From Scyliorhinus canicula (taxonomy: Eukaryota), in the NCBI RefSeq assembly GCF_902713615.1, contig NC_052159.1, forward strand, positions 9,560,018 through 9,624,017: a stretch of DNA of 64,000 nucleotides. Direction: 5' to 3'. This document shows positions 1 through 12,846 of the stretch, piece by piece (the first letter of the stretch is position 1; each line of letters opens with the position of its first letter). Made by a program: the position numbers and the translations under genes. The notes under the pieces were generated by a model that was not told the origin of the DNA, ran no database searches, and worked only from the letters and a program-made list of their open reading frames with translations.

Positions 1-541
1 TACAACTAAAGCTGTTGATTCTACAAACCATTAGCATTAGATCAACACAAGAGCCAGATACTCATTTGACAATTGACATGATTGTCCCTGGTCAGGAAAT
101 ACATTTTTTTTTAAAAAATGTACACAGAATTCCACTTTTTAAGTCATTCACAGGATTTGGGCATCGCTGGCTGGGCCAGCATTTATTGCCCATCCCATTG
201 CCCATTTAAGAGTCAACCACTGCTGTGGATCTCGAGACATATGTAGGCCAGAGAGCAGATTTCCTTTCCTAAAGGACTTCAGTGAACCAGATGGGCTTTT
301 ACAACAATCAACAATGGTTTCAGTTACTCACCATCATATGGTGCTTTTTTTTGAAAAGTATTTTGGAAAACTTCACAAATGTTTCCAATGTTGAACTAAC
401 TTCATTTCAAATCAAACTTTATATCTGGTTAATTAATTTGCCACAAAAATACAAGCACCGAAACAATATGTTTGAAAACATATGATCTATACACACAATT
501 TACTGGGTCACATGCTTTCATTGTGTGATGAAGCTACTTAC

Positions 542-578
542 TTCTTGGTGCTTTCACGGTCAACAAATCTTCCTCAGT
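542..578 (-). CDS. THAP12: THAP12-like coding exon 4 (TEEDLLTVKAPR+1 nt, 37 nt); gene continues left of the window
   Basis: Minus strand reads ttgttatag|ACT GAG GAA GAT TTG TTG ACC GTG AAA GCA CCA AGA A|gtaagt. Splice sites are canonical and the phase continues exon 3. It resembles the short SEDEIRTLKQKK exon recalled for vertebrate THAP12. Confidence 0.85.
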
Positions 579-676
579 CTATAACAAGAAGGGAGGAAAA
601 GAAGATTAACATATCCAATGCTTCACAAAATGTTATACCACTCATTGTTGTGAATTGTACAGAGGCAATATCTTAC

Positions 677-790
677 CAGCTCTTTTATCCTCTTGTGCTT
701 TTTGCGTTTGCCTTCAGGTTTATTGAGATGACTTGTTAAGTCAAACAAGGTGGGCACAGCATCTTCCTTGAGGACTGTTCTGTAAGGGCT
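677..790 (-). CDS. THAP12: THAP12-like coding exon 3 (SPYRTVLKEDAVPTLFDLTSHLNKPEGKRKKHKRIKEL), containing the THAP AVPTIF-type box
   Basis: Splice sites ttgtttccag|AGC...CTG|gtaaga, 114 nt, phase 0/0. The peptide matches recalled THAP12 SPYRTVLRDNAIPTIFDLTSHLNNPHSRHRKRIKEL. Confidence 0.93.
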
Positions 791-2527
791 CTGGAAACAA
801 GTTTATGAATTTAAATAATGCAAGATGCTTTTTGTTGCTTAATTTTCCCATCTACAGTTTCGCCAGTGCTCTCTCGTAAGCTGTGGCAGCCCTCTAATGC
901 TTCATGTCGGAACCAGTTAGCGAGCATTGTACAGTTAGCGAGTATTCAACAGTTACAGGCATCACAGTCCAATAATTAAGTGATTAGGGTGTTGGGATGT
1001 ACTAAAAGAACTAACATTCGGACAAGATGAAGTAGTAATCCTACTACTTCATAACATTTTGAGACATAGACATAGAACATACAGTGCAGGAGGCCATTTG
1101 GCCCATCGAGTCTGCACCAACCCACTTACGCCCTCACCTCCACCCTAACCCCGTAACCCAATAACCCCATCTAACCTTTTTGGACACTACGGGCAATTTA
1201 TCATGGCCAATCCACCTAACCTGCACATCTTTGGAATGTGGGAGGAAACAGGAGCACCCGGGGGGAACCCACACAGACACGGAGAGAACGTGCAGACTCC
1301 GCAGACAGTGACTCAGCAGGGAAATTGAACCCTGGATCCTGTGAAGCCACAGTGCTATCCATTTGTGCTACCGTGCTGCATGTCGAGAGGGCTAGCATAC
1401 AAGAGCAGGGATGTACTTCTGAGGCAGTATAAGGCACTGGTCAGACCCCATTTGGAGTATTGTGTGTAGTTTTGGGCCCCATATCCAAGGAAGGATGTGC
1501 TGGCCTTGGAAAGGGTCCGGAGGAGGTTCACAAGAATGACAATCTCACCTGGGATATGCTGTGCGAATCTAGCCAGTTTAGTAAGAATAGTGCACCTCTC
1601 CAGAGAGCAATGAGATTAATTAAGGAGTTGAGAAATCAGACTGCGAAGCGATCATGCAAACTGATCATGTTCTCACTGGAAAAAGGAAGCCTAAGAGGTA
1701 TTACAATTGATGTTTTTAAGATTTTATAGGAAATAGACAATGGAGTCCAGGCCAGGCTGTTTTAATTTGACCAGGGCAGTAAAAGCAAAAAGCAGAGCAT
1801 GTAAAACACATCCATGGATACAGTATTTCAGTCAGTGGTCAATCTACTGAACTGGCTCGTGTAGGAGACAAGTGAGGCAGAAAATGTCAATTCATTAAAA
1901 TATAAACTGGATTGATAGCTTTCAGAATAATATTTCCGGATGTTGTACATGAGTAATTTGAGACATTATATTCTCAGGCTTGAGAGAAAACGATGACTTT
2001 GCTCCTACAATATCCAAAGCGCCACATCACTGGAAATCCTCCCCGATTCATGTCACGACCTGTCATAACCTAAGTGGGGGTAGAGTTTGATTGCCCCATG
2101 ATTGAATCAGTAACTCAACTGTCATGATCATGTGACTACCAGGATGGTGGAAGGCAAATAAGACTGACTTCAGTCTTTCATCATCCAGCACTCTGGGCGG
2201 CACAGTGGTTAGCACTGCTGTCTCAGTGTCAGGGACCCTGGTTCAATTCTGTCTGTGTGGAGTTTGTAAATTCTCCCCTTGTCTGTGTGGGTTTCCTCCG
2301 GGTGCTCCGGTTTCCTCCGATAAGTCCCGAAAGATGTGCTTGTTAAGTGAATTGGACATTCTGAATTATCCCTGTGCACCTGAACAGGTGCCGGAGTGTG
2401 GTGACTAGGGGATTTTCACAGTAACTTCATTGCACTGTAAATGTAAGCCGACTTGTGACACTAATGAAGATTATTATTATTTTATTATTTCAAACAACTT
2501 GTCTAAGCTTGGAGAATTATAACTTAC

Positions 2528-2648
2528 GTTTGTGCATATCAGGGATTGTTCAAAGTGTCTCGCACATAGTCTGTATTGTTTGTGAAGCTGTTCGGCAGTC
2601 CGGTTTTCCAGGTCTGCTCTCCGACAGTTCTCCACCCACTTCTGACAC
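2528..2648 (-). CDS. THAP12: THAP12-like coding exon 2 (R-CQKWVENCRRADLENRTAEQLHKQYRLCARHFEQSLICTN), C-terminal half of the THAP C2CH zinc finger
   Basis: Splice sites aatacag|G TGT...AAC|gtaagt, 121 nt. It carries the conserved THAP Trp and the LCxxHF motif. It accepts a phase-2 donor (AG|G = Arg) from either first exon. Confidence 0.95.
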
Positions 2649-2904
2649 CTGTATTAATTGACAAAAAGAAAACTAATGACTTTTGTGACCCAGAATTTGA
2701 TAAACAACTTTGCATTTCATTTTATTTTCCATCAACAGAAGATGAATATAAATGTAATTTTTTCCAAAGGAGTGTTCCAAACAAAACCAGAGCGCAAGAC
2801 TTCAGCACTGTGTGAATTTAATCTAGGTCTTACTTTTAAAGACTGGGAAATTTGCTGTTGGTTGTGACATTGCCACATTTTTCCTTCAGTCTCTTTCCAC
2901 AAGA

Positions 2905-3200
2905 TATAACAGTGGTTAGCACTGTGGCTTCACAGCGCCAGGGTCCCAGGTTCGATTCCCGGCTTGGGTCACTGTCTGAGCGGAGTCTGTATGGTCTCCT
3001 AGTGTCTGCGTGGGTTTCCTCCGGGTGCTCCGGTTTCCTCCCACAAGTCCCGAAAGACGTGCTGTTAGGTAATTTGGACATTCTGAATTCTCCCTCTGCG
3101 TAGCCGAACAGGTGTTGGAACGTGGCGACGAGGAGCTTTTCACAGTAACTTCATTGCAGTGTTAATGTAAGCATACTTGTGAAATAAAGATTATTATTAT
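2905..3200 (+). mobile_element. V-domain SINE with a third tail type (second copy about 2194-2485)
   Basis: Same core, with tail ttttcacagtaacttcattgcagtgttaatgtaagc..cttgtga..aataaagattattatt. Confidence 0.85.
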
Positions 3201-4914
3201 AGAATTAGGCCATTCCGTCCATCAGATCTTTTCTACCATTCGATCATGCTGATATCCTCATCCCCAGTCTCCTGCCTTCTTCCCATAACCCCAGATCCCA
3301 TATCAATCACAAAATCCCCTTATTAAGAACACCAGATTTGTGCTTGAGGTGCTGTTACCCACATGGCTACAGACCAGAATAGTTATTTCTTAGAATATAA
3401 GAAATAGGAGGCGGCAATTTAGCCTCTTGAGCCTGCTCCACTGTTCAATTCCCTTCCCATTGTGGGAGACAGCAACATTTCCCATAAGAAATATATGCTT
3501 AAATTACCTTCAGGATACATACAATCCAGAAACTACGTAAGAAGTACTTGATCAATTTAAGCTTTTGTTGTTGGCTTCTACCTGAACTGAGAATATTAAG
3601 CAATCCATAGCCACCTGCTCTGTGAAGAGACTTGATACTCTTTCCCTTCTTCTCTCCTCCACATCCTCCTGTATGGACGACTTCTGAAGAGTTAACAGTG
3701 GAGCACAGGAGGGGAAACAAGCTACAAAGTATGATTCGCCTTGAGAGGCGACATCAACCCCTGGCAGGCAAAGCACATTTACTGCCAACAGGATTGTGTT
3801 TCCACTGGCCTAACTGAATCCAATTCTTACCTCACAATAAGCGTAGTAAGAGCTTTCAATCATTCAGAGATTTGGGGCAGATGGTGGCATAGTGGTAATG
3901 TCACAGGATGAGTAATCCAGAGACCCAGGCTAATGCTCAAGGGACATGGCAGCGGGTGGAATTTAAATACAAATTTTTAAAAATCTGTCATTGAAAGCTT
4001 AGGGCGGCAGTGGTTAGCACTGCTGCCTCACCGCACCAGGGACCCAGGTTCGATTCCGAGCTAGGGTGACTGCGTGGAGTTTGCACTTCCTACCCGTGTC
4101 TGCGTGGGTTTCCTCCCACAAGCCAACGATGTGCAGGCTAGGTGAAGTGGACATCCTAACATTACCAAAGGTTAGGTGGGTTACGGGGATAGGAGCTGGG
4201 GTTTGGTCCCAGGTCAGGGGCTCTATTGGAGAAAGGGCCGATGCAGACTCAATGGGCCGAATGGCCTCCCTCTGCACTGCAGGGATTCTATGAATCTAGT
4301 CATCAGTGACAACTATCATCAATTGTTGCAAAACCCCACCTGGTTCACTGATATCTCTGGGGAGGAAAATCTTCCAACCATATCCAGTCTGGCCTCCATA
4401 TGTGACTCCAGATCCACAGCAATGTCAAGCAAACCACTTAGTTCAAGGGAAATTAAGGATGGGGCAATAAACGCCAGACTTGCCGGCGATGCCCACAATT
4501 CTTTTTTTTCCATAAAGATGATGTTTTTATGTAATAGAGCAAATGGAGGAAGATCTGGTCCCCCTTGCTTGACCGCACTTCACAGTGTAAACAAGCCTCT
4601 TCTAATTGAGTTGCTGGGATGATCTTAGTAAACAGATAATCAGCTCATCAGTCATCCAGCCATAGGACTTGGCATTACAAGGATGTGTTCACCGTGCCAA
4701 CTCAATGCTGAAATAGGAGCGCATCAAAGGTATCCTGCAGGATAATGACTACCCTAATCAGATCATATCTTGCTGTTATTGCTAAACTCATGAACAGGCC
4801 TATGGCTGTCAATTCCAGTCCTGAAAACTTCAGATTGTACCTCAGATTACCCCGGAAGAAAGCAACAGGTGAAGCTAGCCATTGTTTAGAAGGATTTGGG
4901 GGGGGGGGGGGATC

Positions 4915-5290
4915 CCTTTCAAACTTATAGACTACTGAGAGGCCTACATAGAGTGAATGTGGAGAAGATGTTTCCACTAATAGGAGAGACCTAGAACCCA
5001 AGGGCACAGCCTCAGATTGAAGGGACGATCCTTTAAAACTGAGATGATGAGGAATCTCTTCAGCCAGAGGGTGGTGAATCTGTGGAACTTATTCCCGCAG
5101 AAGGCTGTGGAGGCCAAATCACTGAGTGTCTTTAAGACAGAGATAGATAGGTTATTGATTGATAAGGGGATGAGGATTACGGGGAGAAGGCAGGAGGATG
5201 GGGATGAGAAACATATTGGCCACGATTGAATGGAGTGCAGACGCAATGGGCTGAATGGCCTAATTCTGCTGCTATATCTTATGGTTACTC
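4915..5290 (+). mobile_element. CR1 3' fragment
   Basis: FKTEMMRNLFSQRVVNLWN and a CR1-type 3' UTR. Confidence 0.85.
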
Positions 5291-5511
5291 TGCTGTAGCA
5301 ACACAAGTGGTATTCTCCATTAACAGGAAGCAGCTGTCAAGCCACGAAGACACATGCCTATCACACAAAGGAGCAATGTGGTAGAGGAAGTATGTAGGCC
5401 GTACGTCCTAACGGCTTGTGGGTCCTTTCAAACAGCACATTACTTCAGCTTTTTGCAACAGGCATGCACTGACTGTACTGAACCAGCCCACGTTTGCAAA
5501 TCTCAAAACAA

Positions 5512-5702
5512 AGGGAGGGATTTTCTGCATGCCCCCACATCATGGTTTACGGCGGCAGTGGCAGCCTGCCATTGGCTGGTGGTGGGATCTTCTGGTCCTG
5601 CCACTGTCAATGGGGTTTCCCATTGTATGCATCCCGCCGCAGGCGATTACCGTTGGCAGGACTGAATATCCAGTCGGTGGGAACGGCCAGAAAATTCTGG
5701 CC
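5512..5702. mobile_element. Short Harbinger-type MITE, degenerate
   Basis: Termini GGGAGGGATTTTCT...AGAAAATTCTGGCC; GC-rich island in an AT-rich intron. Confidence 0.55.
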
Positions 5703-7519
5703 ATAGCGTCCAACATTAGATGTGATTCCACAATTGCACATGTGCTAGACATTCCTGGTTGTGCTAAGAATTAACTGAAAAGCAATTTACGATCAGTCGG
5801 GCTTGTAGTGAGGCTCACATTTGTATGGTAGCAACCATATATATCACCCACAGGGCCTTGACCTTTACAAACAAAAGGAACATTTTCATGCACTATGCCT
5901 TTTCCAAGTAAACAAGCTTGGGGGAATGGCCATTCCCAGTTTCATTTTTTTCTTTTTATAAATTTAGAGTACCCAATTATTTTTTTCCTAATTAAGGGGC
6001 AATTTAGCGTGGCCAATCCACCTAACCTGCACATCTTTGGGTTGTGGGGGTGAAACCCATGCAGACAAAGGGAGAATGTGCAAACTCCACACAGACAGTG
6101 ACCCAGGGCCGGGATTCAAACCCGGGTCCTCAGCGCCGCAGTCCCAGTGCTAACCACATGCCGCCTTCACCCCAGTTTCCTTAACCAGAGTCGATCTGCC
6201 AGGTTTGAATTTGAAACAATTGCTTGGCAGTTAACTGTTCTCTGCTGCATTCTCCATGTCAACACTTCTGCCAGAGTCCAATTGCCAAACAATCAGCACT
6301 CTCTTCTCATGCAGTATAAATGTCATTCCCTTTATTGTTGGTTTGTCTTGTGAACTGTCCTGATAAGTGAAAGACAATAGTGTGTCTCTTTTCATAGCAG
6401 TAAAATTATTCTGTGCAGAAAGCATGGTCTATAGGGAAACAGCGGGCGAGTGGTTGTTCGGACAGGGGACAGCTGTGCACTACCAGAAAGTAGTTGGAAT
6501 GTGTATGGAGTAATTGAGGCACATTGGATTTAAGAGGAATCAAACAGAAAACGCTGAAAAAACTCAAGACGTTTGGCAGGATCTAGAGAGAGAAATATGA
6601 ATTAACATCTCATGGTGATTCACCTTTTGTTCATGAAAACAGGAAAACATTAAGAGATATAACAGGTTTTAAGTGCAGACAGGGAAAGAGGGAGAAAGAG
6701 ACCAAAAAGAAAGATATGTGATAGGATGGAAGGAAAGATTAAATGACAAAAGAGACAATGTTGTTGTCGAGGCAAAAGGTCATAATGGGACAAGTAAACA
6801 GAAAGATCCATTTAGAGGAGGTGAAAATGGGAAAAGCAGAATCATTACAGCCATTAATCAAAACAAAAACATTGAGACAAAGGTTTGAATTTGAAATTGA
6901 ATTAAATGTTGAGTTCAGAAGGCTGTAAATGAGGTGCGATTCCTCAAGATTATCTTGCGTTTCACTGAAAGGGGGGGGGGGGGGTGGAAAATTAAAACAT
7001 GCAGTGGATGGAAGCTTTGGGCCACAATCGTAGTCTGAATGGAAGTGGTCCGCAAAGTCGTGGGGAAGATATGTTTAGTGGTGGAAAATGGTACATTGAA
7101 TGTGGAGGCTTGCATAGTGGAAGGACAGGACAATGGGAAACCTATTTTGGTTCTGTAATGAGGTGCTGTTCTTTGAGCCTACGTTGAGCTTCACTGGAAG
7201 TATAGGAGTGACAGAAGGTGTGGGAGGTCAAACGAACCAGATCAAGAGCTCCCCATCCATGGTGGGGGACAACATACACGCCCACAGCAGGGGAGAAAGG
7301 TCACAGCAGAACCACTGGTACGGAAAATTGTAGTCAGAACAGATGCGACAAGTGGCAAGAGAAACCAGCTTTGACAAAGGGTCACATGGACTCAAAACAT
7401 TAGCTATTTTTTCTCCCCCTACCATGCTGCCATACCTGCTGAGATTTTCCAGCATTTTCTCTTTTGGTTTCAGATTCCAGCATCCGCAGTAATTTGCTTT
7501 TAACCAGGAAAATGGAAGA

Positions 7520-8260
7520 GGGTCCCAAAGAAAGCAGCGAGGCGCAGACGAAGGGGCTGCACGGACGCTGGTAGGAAAGGGGAAGGCTGGAGGGAGGAAC
7601 AGTAGGGTATGAGGTTAGGGCGAGGTGAAGAGAGACAGGAGCTCAGTCTAGACTCAGGATAAACCAGAGGGACCAGTTTGATGTACATGGTGTGTGAGAT
7701 GCTGTGGAAGGGGGCACAGGATATGCGCATGCGCCCCTCCTCCCGCCCACCCTGGGTGGCGAGGCCTAGCGACGGAAAGTGGGAACACAAGCCCGAGTAA
7801 AGATTTGGGAGCAACATGCTCGCTCGACTAAACACCCAGAACAGGGCGCCACGGCAATCCCTGAATTAACGAATGTGCGTGCTATCTGAACCCCGACAGT
7901 GGGATGCTTTTATTTAAAAACTGGGCATTTATAAATCTGCAGTCCTCACCTCTTGGGGTCTCTGGGGAACCTGAAGAAAGGTAGGTCCGGGTAGTTGGTG
8001 CTCCCCCGGCTACAGTTCGGAGCCGCGCAAAAATTCGGCATTTTTCTTTTCGAGTTTTATTTATTATTCCTTTCCCTTTTTTAATGAGAGAAGGCGGAAT
8101 TTTGCCCTCCCTCCCCCTCGTTCCCTGAAGCAACGACGCCTTTTCCCTTCGTCCAGGGTTGCTCTGCTGCGGCTTCGGAGGTCAAGCTGCTCCTCCGCTA
8201 GACCACAATGCGCCGCGCCAACGCGCCAAAATGCATGCAGAAGCTGTCAGTGCTTCACAC
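7520..8260 (-). promoter_or_regulatory. CpG-rich promoter/first-exon region of THAP12-like exon 1A
   Basis: Local CpG enrichment in non-repetitive sequence. NRF1-type palindrome TGCGCATGCGC at 7724-7734. Boundaries are approximate. Confidence 0.7.
7950..8041 (-). CDS. THAP12: THAP12-like coding exon 1A, proximal (MPNFCAAPNCSRGSTNYPDLPFFRFPRDPK+AG)
   Basis: ATG at 8041, 92 nt, donor AG|gtgagg. MPNFCAAPNC...FFRFPRDP is the THAP12 N-terminus. Orthologue versus tandem paralogue cannot be resolved from this window. Confidence 0.93.
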
Positions 8261-8826
8261 ACTCCTGCAGCTAATGGCAGCTGTGAGGCCACCAGCTTCT
8301 GCATCACTCAACTGGAGTTTGCCGTGGACAAGAAATTTTCAATTGCACTCTTAAAGTGTATTAATTGGGAAGCATGTTCGTTTAATCACACAATTACACT
8401 TTAGAAAGCTATCAGACCTGGCATCTTTCTCTTGCTGTCAACAGTGTAGGCACTTAAACTACTTTGGGATGTTCAGAGGTTGTGAAAAGCACTATATAAA
8501 TTCAAGTTTTTTTTTTACACAACACAAAATCAAGACAGGATGAGACCATGTCGCCCACTGAGGATGCTCCGTCATTCAGTACTATATCCCGGCTGATCTA
8601 CTGCCCGATCACCAATACTCCTTGATTCCAAAAGATCAAACATCTGTCTACCCCAGCCTTGAATGTATAATGGATGCAGCATTCACAGCTCTCTGGGAAA
8701 GGGAATTCACAACCCTTTTGAGTGAGGCAATTTTTCCTCATCTTAGTTTTAAACAATCAGCTCCTTATCCCGAGACTGTGCCCCGTGTTTTAAATTCCCT
8801 GTTAGATCAAACCCATGAAAATCTAT

Positions 8827-9037
8827 GTAAGAAGTCTTACAACACCAGGTTAAAGTCCAACAGGTTTGTTTCGAATCAGAGTGCAGCTCCATTCTCAGGT
8901 GAATCTCCTGCATTCACCTGAGAAAGGAGCTGGGCTCCGAAAGCTAGTGATTCGAAACAAACCTGTTGGACTTTAACCTGGTGTTGCAAGACTTCTTACT
9001 GTGCCCACCCCAGTTAACGCCGGCATCTCCATATCAT
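8827..9037. mobile_element. Penelope-like fold-back (inverted terminal fragments) with a degenerate hammerhead core
   Basis: gtaagaagtcttacaacaccaggttaaagtccaacaggtttgtttcgaatc is inverted at about 8949-8999. CTGAGAA-GGAGC..GCTCC-GAAA near 8918-8942. Confidence 0.75.
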
Positions 9038-9664
9038 CAAAATCTAAATACTTGTCAGCTGGTTCATTAATGTTATTCAAACATTACCCGACACATGACT
9101 AGTGTAATACTAAAAGTCCTCTGAAAGTAGCACATTCTCCTCAGTCATAATAGCAGGTCATGCCAGTTTGCCTGAAGGGGCTCTACATTTTAAAAATCAT
9201 AATATCTCATTCAAATAATGGTGCAACAGTACTGCCATTGGAAGGTTGTCTTGAGTAAGGTGATTGAAAAAAAGTGTTCATGTCTAACCAGTAAACTAAA
9301 AAAAATCCAAATAAATTGTTCAATATGGCTAAAGGTTAGGAGCATAAAAGAATAATCATGGGAGCTTCCCAAGGGCAAATTAATTGTGGAATTAATTAAT
9401 AGGAGCAATGAAGTAAACAATATAAATGGGTTCATAAGAAAACTGTTGCCATTTATGGAGAGAAGAGGATTGAAGGGCTATGGTGAAAAGGCTTGATCTA
9501 TGAAAAAGGTATCAATATTTTAAAAATAACTTGCTTTTATAGAGCTTTTCGAAACAGAACAATCCAAAGTGCTTTATAGTCAATTAAGTACATTTGCGAC
9601 ACTTCCGGTTGCGGTGATGCGGAGCTAAGCCGCACGTTCGGTAGCTCCCGCTATTTTCGGTCTT

Positions 9665-10114
9665 TTGGGCTCTTTAAAGGGCTTGGGGGCCTATGTGACC
9701 GTGGTGTTGAACTCGTTAATGGGCGCTGGGTCGTTCCAGGGGTCCTTGGAGCTGGAGGATGCCCATCGAGTGCTGTTGAGGAAGCCCAAGCCGAACAAGC
9801 CGCCTAGAGCTAGGGCGGTGCTGGTCCATTTTCACCGCTTCGTTGACAGTGTGTGTGTGCTGAGATGGGCGAAGGAGAGGAGCAGCAAGTGGGAGAATGC
9901 AGAGATCCGGATTTATCAGAATTGGAGCGCGGAGGTGGCGAAGGGAAGGGCTGGTTTTAATCGGACGAAGGCGGTGCTTCACAAGAAGGGGGTGAAGTTT
10001 GGCCTGTTACAGCTGGCTCGCCTCTGGGTCACTTATAAAGATCGCCAGCTTTACTTCGATTCCCCGGAGGATGCCTGGGCCTTCGTCCAGGCAGAGAAGT
10101 TGGACTCGAACTGA
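9665..10114 (+). pseudogene. L1 ORF1p C-terminal remnant (RRM/CTD-like); N-terminal half missing
   Basis: AHRVL...PRARAVLVHFHRF...IRIYQNWSAEVAKGRAGFN...GVKFGLLQLARLWVT resembles fish-type L1 ORF1p. Confidence 0.85.
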
Positions 10115-10672
10115 GGGGCTGGGGACTGATGTACATAGTCCATAGGCCTTGTCCTCCTGGGTATCCTTTCGTTTTTCTGGTTGTGTTTGTTGATGCCTTT
10201 TTGCTTATTCGCTTTTTGGGGCTGTTATTTATGTATTTTGGTGCTTTCTTGTTTTTCACTGGTGGAGGGCTGGGGAGCTGTTCGGAGGCCTGCTGGGTCA
10301 CACGCCCTTCTTTTTCCCACGTGTTGGGTCCGGGGGGGTCTGAGATGGAGATGGGCTTTCTTCCCGCACTGGAGGCGCAGTGGGCGGGACCGGCACTGGG
10401 TTGGGGGGGGGGGGGGGGGGGGGGGAGTGGTGGTTATATTACACCGGGGGGGGGGGGGGGGGGGGGGGTCGTTGGGGTGGTGGGATCAGCAGGAGTCGAC
10501 TGACTTACGGAAGTACGATGGGAGGGATTACGCAGCTTGGGGGGGGGTACCGGGTTGCTGCTGGAGGGGCCGAAGGGGAACTACTGGTGATTTGGGGGTT
10601 GGGGGGGGGGTCTGCCACCATGGGGAACGGGCCTGGGGGGTTCTGCGGGCACGTGGTGAGCGAGGGAGAGTT

Positions 10673-12805
10673 ATGGCTAACCGGCACAGAGGGAGGGGGA
10701 AGACCCCCCAGATTCGGCTGGTCACATGGAACGTGAGGGGGCTGAATGGACTGGTGAAGCGGTCCCGGGTCTTGGCGCATTTGAAGGGGCTGGGAGCGGA
10801 CGTGCCTATGCTCCAGGAGACGCACCTTAAGGTGGCGGATCAGGTGAGGCTGAGAAGAGGCTGGGTTGGACAGGTGTTTCACTCGGGGTTAGACGAGAAG
10901 AATCGAGGGGTGGCGATTTTAATTGGTAAGAGCTTGTCGTTCGTGGCGTCAAGTGTGGTGGCGGATAGCTGTGGCAGATACGTAATGGTGAGTGGTAGGC
11001 TTCAAGGGGAGCGGGTGGTTCTGGTTAATGTGTACACCCCCAACTGGGACGATGCAGGTTTCATGCAGCGAATGTTGAGCCGGATTCCGGACCTGGAGAC
11101 GGGGGGCTTGATCTTGGGAGGGGATTTTAACACTGTGTTGGACCCAGCTCTGGATTGTTCGAGGTCTAAGACGGGCAAGAGGCCGGCGGCGGCCACAGTG
11201 CTGAGGGAGTTTATGGATCAGATGGGAGGGGTAGACCCGTGGAGGTTTTTGAGGCTGGGAGGTAGGGAGTTTTCCTTTTTCTCCCATGTCCACAAGGCTT
11301 ATTCCCTGATTGATTTTTTTTTGTCCTCAGCAGGGTGCTAATCCCGAGAGTGGTGGGGACGGAGTATTCGTCGATAGTGATATCTGACCACGCTCCGCAT
11401 TCGGTGGACCTGGAGCTGGGGGAGGGGAAGAATCAGCGCCCGCTGTGGAGGTTAGATGTGGGGCTTCTGTCAGAGGAGGAAGTATGTAGGTGCATAGAGG
11501 GGTATTTGGAAGCTAATGACAATGGGGAGGTGCAAGTTAGGGTGGTCTGGGAAGCGCTGAAGGCGGTGGTTAGAGGGGAGCTGATATCTATTCGTGCACA
11601 CAGGGAGAGAGTTGAGAGGGAGAGGTTGGTGGAAGATATGGTAAGGGTGGACAGGAGGTATGCGGATGTCCCGGAGGAAGGGCTTTTGAGGAAGCGTCGC
11701 AGTCTCCAAGCGGAGTTCAATATACTGACCACCCGGAAGGCAGAGGCGCAGTGGAGGAGGGCGCAGGGAGCGGTATATGAGTACGGGGAGAAGGCAAGTC
11801 AGATGCTGGCCCACCAGTTCCGGAAGCGGGAGGCAGTGCGAGAGATAGGGGGAGTCACAGATACAGGAGGGAACCTGGTGCGGAGTGGTAGGGACATTAA
11901 TGACGTGTTCAGGTCCTTCTACGAGGAGCTGTACCGGTCGGTGCCCCCTAGGGAGGTGGGCAGGATTGACCACTTTCTGGATAAGCTGGAGTTCCCTAGA
12001 GTGGAGGAGGAGCGGGTGGAGGGTCTGGGGACCCCAATCGAGTTGGAGGAGCTGATGGGAGGCGCTGGGGAGCATGCAGACAGGGAAAGCACAGGGTCCT
12101 GACGGGTTCCCGGTGGAGTTTTATAAGAAGTTCTCAGACCTGCTGGGCCCGTTGTTAGTGAGGACACTGAATGAGGCGAGGGAGGGGGGGCCTTGCCCCC
12201 GACGATGTCTAGAGCAATAATTTCACTGATTCTGAAGCAGGATAAGGACCCCCTCCAGTGTGGGTCTTACAGGCCGATCTCGCTCCTCAACGTGGACGCA
12301 AAGTTGTTGGCTAAGATACTGTCCAGGAGGGTGGAAGATGTGGTCTCGCTGGTTATCCATGAGGAGCAAACGGGGTTTGTGAAGGGGAGGCAGCAGAATG
12401 TCAATGTGCGGCGGCTTCTTAATGTTATGATGATGTCATCGGCGGATGGGGAGGCGGAAATAGCAGCATCGATTTGATGCGGAGAAAGACTTCGATAGGG
12501 TGGAGTGGAGCTACCTGTGAGAGGTGTTGAGGAGATTTGGGTTTGGTGAGGGATTCATTAGCTGGGTGAGGCTCCTGTATAGTGCCCCGGTAGCGAGCGT
12601 GGTGACGAATGGGAGGAAGTTGGAGGACTTTCGGCTGTCCGGGGGACGAGGCAGGGGTGCCCCTTGTCTCCCCAGCTCTTCGCGTTAGCGATTGAACCCC
12701 TGGCCATGGCGCTGAGGGATTCGAAGAACTGGAGGGGGATTGTGCGGGGGGAGCATCGGTTGTTGCTGTACGCGGATGATTTACTGTTGTACATCGCGGA
12801 TCCGG

Positions 12806-12846
<41 letters not shown>

